A stretch of 64,000 nucleotides of DNA from Mobula hypostoma (GCF_963921235.1 NC_086097.1:112532001-112596000), one strand, 5' to 3'; positions 1-13,745 are shown, counted from the first letter of the stretch. The notes: generated from the sequence alone by a model not told the origin. Program-made: numbers and translations.

Positions 1-365
1 TTTTCTGATTCTACTTCCAAGCCATCATGGCTTCCCAGTGCAGAATCAGCTTTTTAACTTTTTATCCGTTAACCCCAGATTTCTGTATATAAAGGAAGCA
101 ACTGCCTCTTGAGTTATGGCATATCTTGCATTCTATGCTTTGCATTATAACCTTGCAGGTGCTCAATGTCCTTGTTTTAATTAGTTTATACCTTTAGGTG
201 ATGTCAAAATTATTTGGAAAAAGGGGAGGAAATGTATTATCAGGAAAGATATAGAAGTAATTTGTGTAATTGTTGCTCAACTGATTGGTTCTCAGCACAC
301 CGCCAACAACACAGCAAGCATCCAAATTCAGGGATTCACGTTTGCAATGAATACTAACAGCTCAC

Positions 366-401
366 CTTTTATTCACCAATTTGCTTCTTGTAAACTTCAA
401 C
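366..401 (-). CDS. Candidate 36-nt RIMS2 microexon: (R)LKFTRSKLVNK
   Basis: Acceptor ctgcctttag| and strong donor AAG|gtgagc. Phase 2 to 2 with an open frame. No homology recognised. Confidence 0.3.
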
Positions 402-1272
402 CTAAAGGCAGTTGGACATACTAATATTGGACATACTGAATGTGTTTACATGGACAAAACCTATTTTAAGAATGAATATGTGCATCACAATATATAAACA
501 AATGATTACCAGAGTACTATTACTATCCAGGAACTAATGAATAACTGGGAAAAATTATTGGGAGAATAGCATTAATCTAAGAAAGATCACAAGTAACTTA
601 AAAGTAAAAGAGTAATTTTGTTAATTGCAATATTAAAATAGAAATATTTGACCTCATTATGCATCCAAAAAGTCTTTGCTCCAAACCATATGATTTAATT
701 CCTTTTAGTCATGTGGTTCAGTCAATGCGAATTGATAGCCATAAGAGTGTTGATGACCATGATATGATTATGGATGTTTTTCAAGAAATAAAGATGCATC
801 AGTAGTGGAAATCTAATATGTGCTCCAGTTACTTGCCAAGGCTACTTAAGTAGCATTTCTTAAACCCATACTATCTATCATCCAAAACAGAAGCAGTCAC
901 TTAGGAATATCACTAGCTTCTGAATAATATACAATACAACCTTTGATTCTTTTATTCACCCTAGATCCAAATCTTGGAAATTTCGTTCCCAACTGCATTT
1001 GTAAGCAATCTTAACTAAAGGATTGCAATGGTTCAGGAAGTTACCTTAATGTGGCCTTTACAAGTGATGCTGGTCTTACCAACAATGCCCACATCCAATC
1101 AATAAAAATCAAAATCTTAGGAATCACACTAACGTTTGAACTACCCTCTTGTTCTCTCCTGTTCTCTGCATCAATGTGAGCAAGTAACTTCTCATAATGT
1201 TCACACAGCAGTGAAACAAAATAATTTTTTTCTTGATGTATTGAATTACCATCTATTTTGCTTATCTCCTTA

Positions 1273-2313
1273 GGCTACGTTCACACTACGCCGGATAATC
1301 TTGAAAACTCCGGTTTCGAGTAAAAACGACAGGCGTACACACTAAGCGTTTTTCAAGATATCTCTGTCCACACTAACATGGATATTTGGGCAAATCTCCT
1401 CCTACTGGGCATGCGCAGGACACACAGAAAACAAGCGAAGAGGAAATGGTATACTTGGTGCGCGTTTGTCCAGTTACAGAGTAGAAAAACTTCAAAGGAA
1501 TTGCTCTTGGCTCTCGCGCAGGAGGACTTACAACAAAAAAAAAACGAATACTGGAGCGTATGGAGGCAACCGACAGGGAGCTCACGGACAGTATGACCCG
1601 GCTGACGACGAACATTGAAAAACTGACTAACTCTGTTGCATTAATAAAACGCCTTGTTAAATATATAAAACATGTCTGCATCAATGTTATCTTGTATATC
1701 CATACAATGTTACATTAGGCTGTTACACATCTATTGTCAGAGAAGTACTTGCATAAATAGGTAAACCACCTTCATACAAGCAAGGACAGAAAACAGGGCA
1801 AAGTGAGTATACTTATTTATTCAGTAAGCTATGGGTCAAAGTAATTGGTGAGTACATTTCTAATTCTGGCTTCAGTCTCGTTGCCATCTGTTCTGAAATT
1901 GTGAGGTTATATGCGGGGTTGCGTTCAAGAAAACAACGAAATGCCGGGCTGCGGCCATGTGTTCCGGCATGTCATGACAGCGTTTTTAAATAGTCAAAAA
2001 AGCTCAGTTTACAATTTAACTTTCACGTCGTTCACACCGACTGCGCGTTATAACAGCCGTACGGCAGTACCAAGCAGAAGCAGAAAAAACATTGTTGTTG
2101 TGGTGTTGTCATGACAGTGTTTTTAAATCTCTCCGTTTACCCCGTACACACTACAATGGATATTAGGCGTTTTCAGATTTATTCACTCTGGAGACTGTTT
2201 CTGAAAATCTCCGTTTTCGGGGAATGAAATTGCCGCTTTACTGTGGACGGAGGGTCAAAACGAAGAGAAAAAGCTTCGTTTTCAAAATTATCCGGCGTAG
2301 TGAGGACATAGCC
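1273..2313. mobile_element. Non-autonomous PIF/Harbinger DNA transposon
   Basis: Imperfect TIRs of about 36 bp (GGCTACGTTCACACTACGCCGGATAATCTTGAAAAC). TTA TSD at 1270-1272 and 2314-2316. CpG-rich. Confidence 0.9.
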
Positions 2314-4256
2314 TTAGAATTTTCTAAGCTCATGGTGCTATCCCAAAACTAACTTGACAGCACAATCTGCATTGCTGACAATGTAATTTGCAATTTAACT
2401 GTTAACTTAATAGGGGATAATGTGCAGTTAATTGCAGAGGTATTTAATGGACAGCACAGTTTGGAAAGGTACGTAGGTATTTTATGAACTTTGTGGTTTG
2501 TCTTCTGAGGTTAAGCAGGTTATTTTCAATTTCTCTCTGAGAGAAGGAAGTGAGAAGCACACCCTCAAAAGATGCTTTATAATTTGTGTAGGTAAAAATG
2601 TCTAATTGAATGTAAAAAATAGTGTGAAAGGGGAAATAACATATACGAATCGCTCCATTCATATTTTCATCTTGGTAGTCAACAGTGCATAGAAGACAAC
2701 CGTGACTTCTACGGGCAGCTTCAAAACACAACACAGTCATTGATCAGATCGAAGTAGTCGTCTTGTCACTCAACAGGGTAAAAAGCGGGTGCACAGAAAG
2801 TATCCAATTGTATGAAATATTGGAAATTCTTACTTATAATGGTTGTACAGAATTACACAATGGAAAAACTTTAGAAGTTTATTCAGAAATATTAATTCTT
2901 TTCTTAGATTTGCTTCTGAATAACTGAATCCAGACCTCAAATGAAGTTTTGTTTCAGTTTTCAAAGGATTTTCTTTTGCATTTTGTTCATTTCCTCCATA
3001 TTATTACATAATTCTTTCACAAATTAATAACAGAGGCTGCTTCTATCAATAACAGCTGCATTTGCACCATAAGCCACAAAAACATTTTGCCATCAACAAA
3101 ACCAAAACTAATGCAGAAGTAATAGATCACAAGAACAATACTAACATAAGGATAACAATCTTTGTAAGGCTGTTACACATATTACAGCAGTGCTCTGCAT
3201 TAAGCAGATGATTCCAAAGATCTACTTTGCGATATTTTATAATGGTTGAAGAAAGGCAGCTTTAATTAGCTGCCATCCCCATTCCTGCCTACCATCACTT
3301 ATCTGTGTTGAATGCAGAGGACTGCGATAAGACACCAAGAAGCCTTAATGGCAAATTGGCCTAAGGTGGGGAAGTTCCAGAACATCTCAACAGCCTTTGC
3401 CAGGAGACAAAATGTAGGCGAGGTATCTAATGTATCAATGCTGACAAGCTTTATAACTGTTTTTTTAATGTCTCTGATATTCAGGTGCATTCAATAACCA
3501 TTTAAATTGCTGTAAATAATTAAGACAATGAACACTGTTTAAAAAAATTTAAAAATAATTTAAAACTCAGCAAAGTATTTAAAAAAAAATAAACTAAGCA
3601 ATAAATACCTTATCTTTTTATCCTTCTATATTGAAATGAGGAAGGATACTAATCCCATGCTAGATCTGATTAATATTCTTCAGATCAGTGTCCAAGATCA
3701 GGATTGGTCTCCTGACTACACATGGTTCATATCATCTGCCTTTCCTGCAATTGGTTAAACACCAGCAGTTCCCTTTGGAACTATTGATCGTAGCAGCAGG
3801 ATTAGGATTGTTAGGCCCATTAACAACACCAGATGGCTGCACTGGAGGTGTGAGCCATGGAATTATGTGATCCATCTGATGTTCCAGTGCCATGCTAAAG
3901 AACCTTACATTACCAGAGGCAGCATCTTTCCTTTAATCTAAAATTGAGCCATATACCCCAATTCAGATAGAAGCAAGACTGTGCAAAACAGAGAGATTTT
4001 CCCGTACTTTCATTTCTTTCCTCGCCCAGAGCCTTTAAGAACAGATTACTCAGCCAATAATATAATTTACTAATACCACGCAAATGGTTTGCATAGTGAC
4101 ACAGCTACAAAAGTTAACGGCTTCAAAGTTCTAGCAATCTGGCTTCTAACCTGACCTACAGTGCTGTCTGCGTGGAGTTTTACACATTTGCCCTGTGACT
4201 GAGCAAGTTTCCTTTCACATTCACACATTGGTAGGTTACTTGATCATTGTAACTAG

Positions 4257-4257
<1 letters not shown>

Positions 4258-4287
<30 letters not shown>
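4258..4287. repeat. (TG)n microsatellite following a V-SINE remnant (about 4160-4257)
   Basis: Direct reading of the sequence. Confidence 0.9.
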
Positions 4288-4288
<1 letters not shown>

Positions 4289-4369
4289 TGGTTTGGCTCA
4301 GGGAATCGCAAGGAATCTAAGAATAAAATAGATCAAGGTGCGATTAGACAAAATAGCCCTGAATATGTA

Positions 4370-6360
4370 CTGCATGAGAAAACGAGGAAGACCAAATTCC
4401 CGGGAGGAAGAGTTGCTGGTGCTGCTCAGAAGGGTTTTAACTAGATTGGCAGGAATTTTAGTCTCTCAGCAGAAAATGTGGTAGTTGAGAAGCTGAGGGC
4501 AAATCGTGTAACCACCGAGAACAAATTTAGTAGACAGGACGGCCAGAAGCCATGTTTAAACCTTCTTTATCAATGCATGAGGTAACTCAGATGAACTCAA
4601 GGCATGGATTGGTTCAGGGGAATAGATATTGTAATCATAAAAGAAACATAGTTGAGAAAAGAGTGGGAGTGCCTGCACAGTTTCCCAGGCTGTTGATGAT
4701 ATAGGCATAATAGGAGTATGGGAAGAGAAGATGGTGTTGCCTCTTTGTTGAGGAGGGGGAGGACATTACAGCAGCACTTAGAGAGGATTTTCTTCAGGGA
4801 GTCAAGAATATCAGGGTAGAGTCGGTGGGAGAATTTAACTTTCCTAATATTTGTGCAAAGTGCAGGGATGAGGTGACATGTGTTAAATATATCCAAAAAA
4901 AAGCTTCCATAATCTAAATATAGAGGGTCCTACTAGAGAAGGTACAGCAGTGAACCTCTTCTTAAGGAATGAGCTAAGGCCACTGACTAAATGATCAGTC
5001 AGGGAGCACTTTGCAGGCTGTGATCATATTCTATTAGTTTTAAAATAGTAATGGAGAATGATTGGACTGGCCCTCTATTTAAGCAGCAGGCCAATTTTAG
5101 AGGCAATAGCGAGGAACCTGCAGACGTTAATTGGGTGAGAGCATATGCAGGCAAAGGGATGTCTAGCAAGTGGGAGGTTTTAAAAAGTGCAATTATCAAG
5201 AGTTTAGAGAGATACCAGAGGAAATGTTTGAGGGAGTTACAATGAACATCATTGAAAAGATAATTGGACTGGTATATGGATAGGAAGGGTTGATAGACTG
5301 TGGGACAAATGCAGGCCAATAGGATAGCTTACGGGTGGCATGGATGAATCAGACCATTGTGCCTGTTTCCATGTTGAATTATGCTATACCTCTATTAGTA
5401 AGTACTTTGTCGTTGATGAGACATGTGTGTTCCAGAGTAAGTTTGCAGTGGGGGGAAGGAAATGTGTAGGAGACAGGAAGCAAAAATACAATGAGCATAG
5501 ATCAAAAATCCTGAATGAGTGACAGCTGGAATCAGAACACTAATTAAAAGCAGGGCCATGTCTGCTGGTGACGGTGCCTCAGCCTTATCAATGGACACAG
5601 TGATGATGGTGTTAAAGATATGGTTGCTGAATCTGTTAATAACACAAAGGAATGATAAGAAAGTTCCCTGAAATATCAAGGGAGGCTACAAAAAGAATAT
5701 AAGAAGGAAAAGATCAGGCCAATGCAATAGAATATGGGTAAAAATATGAAATTATCCACAAGATCGTATTAAAAGGAGCATATGATCAAAATGGTAAGAG
5801 ACTGCAGAGGTGTGAGATGTACAGGGATCTTGTTGTCCTAGTCACTAGGACCTAGTGCATAATTACAAAAGGCTAATAAGCAGCTTCATCATGCCATTAA
5901 GAAAACTAAAAGAACACGTATTGTATGTTGCTAGCATAAGTGAATATATAGTGTGGAGATACATTTTAGCTATGTTGGGTATTGGAGGGACCACATCTGG
6001 AATATACTACTGTACTGGTCAAGAGTGAATTTGATTAAAACCTGTCAACATCTGTGGATTCTGGATAGAATCCTTCCTCTTGTGGGAAATCTACAATTAG
6101 TTTTCTATTTAAAAACAAAAGAATGTGCATTTAAAAGTGGGATAGATTTTTTCTCTCTCTTTGACGGCCCTGAACCTTTGGAGTATTTATTCTCATTCAA
6201 GCCATTTTTAAGGCAGAGCTGGACAGACTCTTGCTAAAGATGGGGGTTTATTATAGAGCCAGATTGAAAATACAGAGTTGAAGACACAGAGAGTTTTGCC
6301 ATGACGGTGGAGTGAGGTCAAATGATTAAGACCTATTCCTAGTGTCTATATTTATACATG
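4370..6360 (+). mobile_element. Highly degenerate CR1 LINE fragments (endonuclease region and RT 3' end)
   Basis: Patchy similarity to the well-preserved CR1 at 60151-63069, e.g. ccacatctggaata and gtgatcatattctattagttttaaaatag. Boundaries approximate. Confidence 0.6.
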
Positions 6361-8305
6361 TTTTCCCCTCTCTGTTAAGATCAATTGAAACAATCTTATT
6401 CAGGAAGGTTTGATCAAACAATCCTGTATCGCTGGGTGATTCAGTTCAAATGTCAGCACTTCAACCTAGTTTCTATCATTATTCTGACTTTGGGAAATAC
6501 TAAACACGATGAAGTATACCCAAACAAACAAGGTTGTGCTTTGTGTGAAATGACAGAAGCAGAAGAATATTTTTATACCATGTAAGAAAAAAATCCAATA
6601 CTACACATACATAATGCTGGAGGAACTCAGCAAGACCAGCAGCATCAATGGAAGGAAATAAACTGGATGTTTCGAGCTATCAAAAAATCCAGTTATGCCT
6701 ATTATTGCCATTGGCTCTGATCAAAGCTGATGACATTCAGCTATTAAACAGCTTTAATTTTCACACTTTCACTTCATGCACAATGACACACTGTCCAGTA
6801 CTGACAAAATTGTAAATTTGAATCTGCTAGTTCGATTTGACCATCAGTAAATTCTACTCCAACTGAGATTTTACAGCAATGAATTGGAATATAGTCTCTC
6901 AGATCTGAGTACCCATTGATTTCAATGGAGATTGCTATTCTATGCCTAGCAGGCAAATAGAATGGTAAACTACTAATTTCTAAAATTGTTTACCCAAATT
7001 TAAAGTTGCCTTATAATGATGTTTTTAAAATACTTTATAAAATATTCAGTTCAATTTTAGAAGTTTTTGAAATACCTGTGAGTGTTAGATATCTTTAAAG
7101 ACTGTTGAAATATTTTGGTGACTTCACAGCTTCCATTCCTTGCTTTATGGATTGTCAAAGACAGCCAGGTGCACCTCCAGTGTGACCAACACACTCCCCA
7201 CCCCAAAGTGTTTGCTACTGGAAGATAATCACAGTCCAGACCAAAAAACTGAACCCAAGAAGAGTCAGAGGAATAGATCCTCTACATCAGGATCAAATTA
7301 CTGCTGATATGGGAAAACCATGTGATGATTTCAGGTGGCGGGCCTGACCCAGCCTGATCCAAGCTTGGTATATATAATTGTTAATTTAGTTTGTTAATCT
7401 ATTATTAGACAATTGTTGTTATTTTACTACCCTAACCATTTTCACTCTTTCATATTCAATATGAAAGTAGAATTAACAGAAAGAAATAAACAATAGGTTA
7501 ATAATCATATTTGCATAAGTTGACTTTTTGTACAACTTCGGCTCTTGTGAAAAGTTGAATTGCAGTGAGAAAAGCTAGCTTAAAGAACAAGAGACAATTT
7601 TTTTCTGTCTCAACACCCAGAATGCTCTAACTGTCTCATGGTTCTCTTTGCCACAATAGAGATGAACTTAACCATGATTTGAATAAACACTCCAGCAACC
7701 TGTGATCTTGTTTTATGTTTTTGGACAAAACTTCGTCCTTTATTACTGAAGCAAATTCATCCACCTCTGAAATAAAATACGAGTTAATTCCTAATTTAAC
7801 ACCATAGCTCGGCCTATGCTTTTTTCTTCTTTTCAGCATTTGATGGATTTGTTACTTACAATGTTGATGGTTTCTCAAAATTAAATAATTATCTACAATG
7901 AAAACAAAAGCTTGCAGAAAATTCAACTGAAACCTCAATCACACACTTGACAGAACTATAATGGACTCTTACGTCAAAATTAACAAAAGTGTAAAAAATT
8001 GAAAGACTAATCTTAATTAAGGATGAACAACATGACTGGATGCTCTAGTGTTCCAAAATATAAACTTTGGATGCCATGAATATCAAACTACTGTAGTTGA
8101 TTTAACCAGATCCAATGGTCTGTTCCTCATTAGAAATAATATGGTCATCTCCCTATGTGTTGATGTTACCATTCTAAATTTCCTCAGATCATCCACAATA
8201 GTTAACCGTACTTTGACAGAGATATAACTGGTTCTCCAACTAAAACTTTCATTACTAATCCATTATTAAGTGCTAACTAACCATATTTCTAATCAAGCAC
8301 TTTAT

Positions 8306-9810
8306 GGATCAACCCCAGGCTATTGAGAGATGCAAACTGCTGGCGCCTCGACCAACATCTTCATATCCTCCCTAGCTACAGATGAAGTCCCAGAGGACTG
8401 GCAAGTAGCAAATGTTGTTCCATTACTCAAGAAGGCAACCAGGGATAATCCTGGAAACTATAGACTGGTGATTCTCATGTCTATGGTAGGGAAATTACTG
8501 GAGAGAATTCTTAGGGATAGGGTTTATTAGCACTTGGAAACCCATAGTTTAATTAGGGAGGATCAGCATGGCTTTGCGCAGTGCAAGTCTTGTTCTATTA
8601 AGTTGATTGGGTATTTTGATGAAGGGACGAGGGTGATTGATGAGGGGGGATGTGGTCCACATGGATTTCAAGGTCCATCATAAAAGACTCATCCAAATGA
8701 TAAGATGCATGGGATCCATGGTGAATTGGCTGTTTGGATTCAGAACTGGCTTACCCAAAGAAGATATAGGGTAGTGATCAAAGGAGCTTATTCTAGATGG
8801 AGGTCTGTGATTAATGCTATTCCGCAGGGATCTTTACTGGAACCTCTGCTGCTTGTGATGTATGTAAATGATCTGTATGGAAATGTAGATGGGTGGTTAG
8901 TACATTTGCTGATGATATGAAGATGGGTGGTTTTGTGGATAGTGTAGAAGACTGGCAAAGAATATAGCAGAATATAGATCGGTTGCAGATATGGGCTGGA
9001 AAATGGCAGATAGGGTTTAACTTGGCCAAATGTGAAGTGTTGCACCTTGGTAGGTCAAATGTAGAGACAGTACACTATTAAGGGCAAAACCCTTAACAGT
9101 GTTGATGAGCAGAGGAATTTTCGAGTCTATGTTCATAACTTCCTAAAAGTAGGTAAACAGGTTGTTAGAGTGGTTAAGAAGACATATGGAATGCTTGTCT
9201 TTATTACTAAAGACATTGAGTTCAAAAGTCAGCAAGTTCAGTTGCAGCTTTATAAAACTCTAGATAGTTAGGCTGCATCTAGACTACTGCACACAATTGT
9301 GGAGTCATCTTATCATAGGAAGGATGTTGAGGTTTTGGAGAAGGTGCAGAACAAGGTTACCAGGATGCTACCTGGTTTAGCAGGCTTGTACTATAACGAG
9401 AGGTTGGACAAACTTGGGTTGTTTTTCTGGAGCGGTGGAGGTTCAGGGGAGATCTGATAGATAGAATAGACAGACATAATACTTTCCCTCGGGTTGAAAT
9501 GTTTAATACTGGAGGGAATGCATTTAAGTGAGAGGAGCTAATTTCAAAGGAGATGTAAGGGGCAAGTTTTTTCACACAGAGAGTGGTAGGTGTCTGAGAT
9601 GCACTGCCTGCGGTGGTGGTCGAGGTAGAAACAATAGAGACTCTCAGAGACATTTAGATAGGCAGGTGGATGTGAGGGAAATGGAAGAATATGGACACTG
9701 TGTAGGCAGGAGAGATTAGTTTAGTTAGCCATTTGATTATTAATTTATTTGGTTCGGCACAGCATTGTGAGCTGAGGGCCTGTTCCTGGACTGTACTGTT
9801 CTATGTTCTA
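8306..9810 (+). mobile_element. CR1 LINE, 5'-truncated and decayed RT
   Basis: Fragments VPEDWQVANVVPL, PGNYR and PQGSLLEP. Tail TTCTATGTTCTA. Confidence 0.9.
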
Positions 9811-10058
9811 CAAAAACCATTGGGTTGTCTACCAAATACCCAGGGTCAAGCCTGGAGCAGCGTGCAGACTATCGCATTTGGTAGCCTCTTTCACCTGATA
9901 GCCCCATTTCAAATCTGGAAGATCCATTGAAAAGACTCAAGATTTAAGTCTAAAGTTTGACTTTATCCTGGTTCTCATCCTGTCATAATGTTCATATATA
10001 TAGGCATGCATAGTCACACTCACTATAAACACACTGACACACCCATGTTACAGTATAC

Positions 10059-10124
10059 CTGAAATCCTTGTGATGATGCTCGATGACATGCCTGTGTCTG
10101 GACCGAGGTAAGGTAAGATACTGA
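10059..10124 (-). CDS. RIMS2: RIMS2 66-nt cassette exon (site B): (S)QYLTLPRSRHRHVIEHHHKDF
   Basis: Long pyrimidine tract ending ccccaatgctgcag| and donor CAG|gtatac. Phase 2 to 2. Resembles the LTLPRSR...EHHH alternative exon of RIMS2. TGCATG at 10005-10010 (minus strand). Confidence 0.88.
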
Positions 10125-11854
10125 CTGCAGCATTGGGGAAATGGAAAAGAGAAATGTATGGCAATTGAAGAAAGGGGACAAAGGTCAGCAGCAGCAGTGA
10201 GCAGGAAAGGAGAGAAAATGGAGAGAAAGGTGATGAACAGTGTGTGTAAAGACTGTAGAGTATAATTTAAATCAAAAGAGGAGCTTAAATGTAGCAAAGT
10301 AAATTTCTAATGAAGACATCCTACCATCTTAGTAAAATCAACTTTCAACTTTTTAAATATAATAGAAATATTGTACAACAATGCATTTGATTCGGTCACA
10401 AAATACACAATCTATAATAACATCCCTGTTTTATGAAGTTCTTTTTAATACAAGATTAAATGTGAGCAATTTCAAAGCCCCCAATAGCAACTTATTTGAT
10501 CCACAGCAAGAGACATACAAATTAGGGCCACTCTTGCAAACAAGACCTTGGTTTGGAAAGAAACTTGTTATCACCTCACTATTTATGTTGGGCTTCTGAG
10601 GATGGGTTTATTTGATGGTACCTCCATTTGTTGTATTTCTTAAGACTTGATCCTCACCAGGTCCAGAATCACATTGATAAAACCAAGTCTTGCCACAGTG
10701 CAATTCAGTCAAGTTAAACTTTCAATGCATCGTATCATGTGGCATTATCAGGGTGTTACTGAACAGGATACTTAATGGAGGCTGACATAGGTTTACCTAT
10801 CGAAAAAAAATCCTTAGCAAGAGAAACACCAGCTATGTTTTGTGGCAGATGGAAAGGGAATGTTTCAAAACAAAACTTAAAACTTAACCTTAAAATATTA
10901 AACTTAAAAGAATAAAAAACAAGACCAAGGCCCAGATAAGATATCTGCAAGCAAATAAAGCAAGCAGCATTAAAATTTCTTCATTCCAAATGATCACCAT
11001 ACTTGCCATCAGACAATATGTTTACCAACATCAAATAGTTTATTTGATAAAGTAATTACCAGCTAACAAAACTTCTCTTTAAGATTGATGACAATGTGTG
11101 CCTCACCCCTCCACCCCACCACTGGCCCCCTTGGTATTCAAGAGAAAATAAAATTTACCCATCTTCCACATTGGAAGTAAAGGTCTTAAATAATTAAGAA
11201 TCGTCCTTGATATAGTGTAAAACATTCTGTTCTGACATAAAGACATGACTGATAAGGAGACCAAACACCCAATTGTCTGCAGGGTTACACAGATTTTTAA
11301 AATATTTCAGGGTTAAAAGATAACAAGAATTACAAGATTAAAAAAACATTGACAGATTAAGAATTGAAGTATATATTATGAATAAGTAGCAATTTTAGAA
11401 TCAAGTGATAAAATCATTTAATATACATTACTGTGACAATCTCAAATGCAGATATAATGCTGAAGAAATTTTCTGGATCAGAAGACTTGTTTACCAACTT
11501 TTTCAAGACATGTGACTTCATTTTAAACATCCATTAGCAATGCATTTTCGTAATTGTCTATCCTAAGAGCCATGTTATTTACAAAATGAGCAGTCATGTG
11601 ATAACTTTGCTTTCTTTTAAATTCTTGTTATCAAATCTCAACACAAGATTAATTGTGAAGATAATATACAGAACCAACAACATACATATAAAGCTCTAAA
11701 AATCACAAGATTAGGGAATATTTAAGAGACTTAAATATAAACATTAGTTACCCACATTCAATCATAACTAATAACAGTCCAATCACGCAGTAAACTAATT
11801 AAATATATCCCAGACTTCTCTGTAAACAAAAAAAAACTTATAATATCTAATTAC

Positions 11855-11959
11855 CTCTCTGGAGAAAAGTGGTCATCCATTATCCTGTGCCTGTCCATTC
11901 TGCTGATGGTATTGTACTGTTGAGAAGAGCGGCTGCTTCGAGGACCCAATTCTGAGCTT
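11855..11959 (-). CDS. RIMS2: RIMS2 exon (105 nt): (R)SSELGPRSSRSSQQYNTISRMDRHRIMDDHFSPE
   Basis: Acceptor gtgttttacag| and donor GAG|gtaatt. Carries the YNTISRMDRHRxMDDH motif. Phase 2 to 2. Confidence 0.92.
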
Positions 11960-12914
11960 CTGTAAAACACAAACCAACTACAGTAGCAGATTTCTAAAAA
12001 GCTAAGATACCATGGCTCATTATCACCTTAGGAGGGTTAGGATTTTAGTCTTTGTCTGAAATTCATTCAGAATTGAATCACTAAATGCAATTGTTTGCAG
12101 GGTGCTGGTAGAGAACTTCTGGCTTATAGATTTTATTCTGTGTATGTTGTGCATATAATATGCTCAACCACAGTAAGATTGTATATTGAGTAATATATAC
12201 ATTGACACCACTTGCATAAAAAATTTATGTTTGTCCAAGGCCTACTTTGGAGTGTTTTAAGTGGGGCCCAACTTAAATAAGGGGGTCTGAGACTTCAAAT
12301 GTTTCCAACTTGATGGCTTTTCATGTATTTCTTAGAAATCGCACCCATTATCTCTCTCCCTCCAACTCTATCATTCTTTTCCTAGCATCCCTCTGACCTG
12401 CTGTTTATCCTGCATCTATTTGGTTCTCTCCCTGGCTGTCACACATCAAACCTTGCTCATTCTTGCCTTGCTTGACCATCTCCAAACTGACAACTCCTCA
12501 GCTAACCCCTTGACCTTCTGTGACCCCAGCCTGGTGATTCTCTGAATCGAATACCACCAAAGCATTGCTGATTTTTGTTTTGTCAAAAGACACAGTGGTA
12601 GAATTTTCTTTGCCTAATATTTTGCCTTGTGTTATAACTTAACTGTATTGAACACTTGCTTAGATTGCTACTGAAAAATGTTCAGATGTATCTTCACGAT
12701 GGGTGGAGGACGAAGACTGTTGCCACAATGGCCCTACAGAGGTAACTGCTGGTGATATGGGGTGGGGGATAGGGATTAATTACTTAATTTAAGAAGAAGC
12801 GTGTACACTCAAGCCTAAATTGCATACCAGCTGAATAAATCTCTTGGTTGCCATCATATTAGTTTTTGAAGTCAGTTTTATTAAAATACATTATAAAATT
12901 ATACATACAAAAGA

Positions 12915-13745
12915 TTCTGCAGATGGGGAATAAAGAAAGAGTCGACGTTTTGGCCAAGACCTGATGAAGGGTCTCCACTCTACTCCTCTCCATAGATATT
13001 GCCTGACTGGCTGAGTTCCGCTAGTATTTTGTGTGTGTTACTATAAAATTATAAAATAGTCTATAATTTTTAAAAAATAAAATATCACCTAAAGAAATAT
13101 TCTGTGGAGCACAGGGAATGAAAATACTCATGCGATGCACACAAAATGCTGGTGGAACTCAGCAGGCCAGGCAACATCTATGAGATGAATAAACAGAAAA
13201 AGCAGTGGCCTCTCCACATACTAGTGGATGAATTTCCAGCTTTAATTCAGGTAGTGATAGTTATGTCTGTCTTCATTATTCCATATGTAAACCACAGAAG
13301 GTCCTCTGACCTGGACCATACAAGTGGGAAAGGAAGGAAACTTAAGTTTGCCTTTGAAATCTTGTGGTAATTTTTCAAGTAATCTAATACACACATTCTT
13401 AGTATGGACATATACTGCGTTTGTAGTTTAAATCACCAGGGATAAACATCAACACCCTAAACAGTCCATTCGGGTAAGGTGACTTCACTTGTGAGTCTGT
13501 TGGTTCTTACTTCATCCCGCCTCTGCCATCCATACAGCTTCCCACTCACCTGGTCTCACCTATCACCTGTCAGTTTGTACTCCTTCTTTTCACCCCACCT
13601 CCTTACGTGGGCTTCTTCCCCCTTCCTTTCCAGTCCTGATGAAGGATCTTGGGCTGATGCATCAACTATTTATTCCATAGATATATAACTCCATAGATGC
13701 TGCCTGACCTGCTGAGTTCCTCCAGCAGTTTGTGTGTGTTGCTCA
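12915..13745. mobile_element. Cluster of Penelope-like element pLTR fragments
   Basis: Recurrent motifs gatgctgcctgacctgctgagttcctccagc and cctgatgaagg in both orientations. Boundaries approximate. Confidence 0.7.

Noticed and set aside
2444..2800. Exon-like segments on the minus strand (REIENNLLNLRR...; ARRSHGCLLC...) in a CpG-richer patch
   Set aside because: The acceptor phases (0 and 1) do not match the phase-2 RIMS2 donors, and phase-2 readings hit stops. It could still be a conserved non-coding element, which I cannot test here.
7636..7839. ORF with an NLS-like KRRKK
   Set aside because: Short intronic ORF with no compatible splice context or recognisable domain.
11159..11184. 26-nt AG/GT-bounded segment
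   Set aside because: Weak AAG acceptor, frame-shifting length and no homology.
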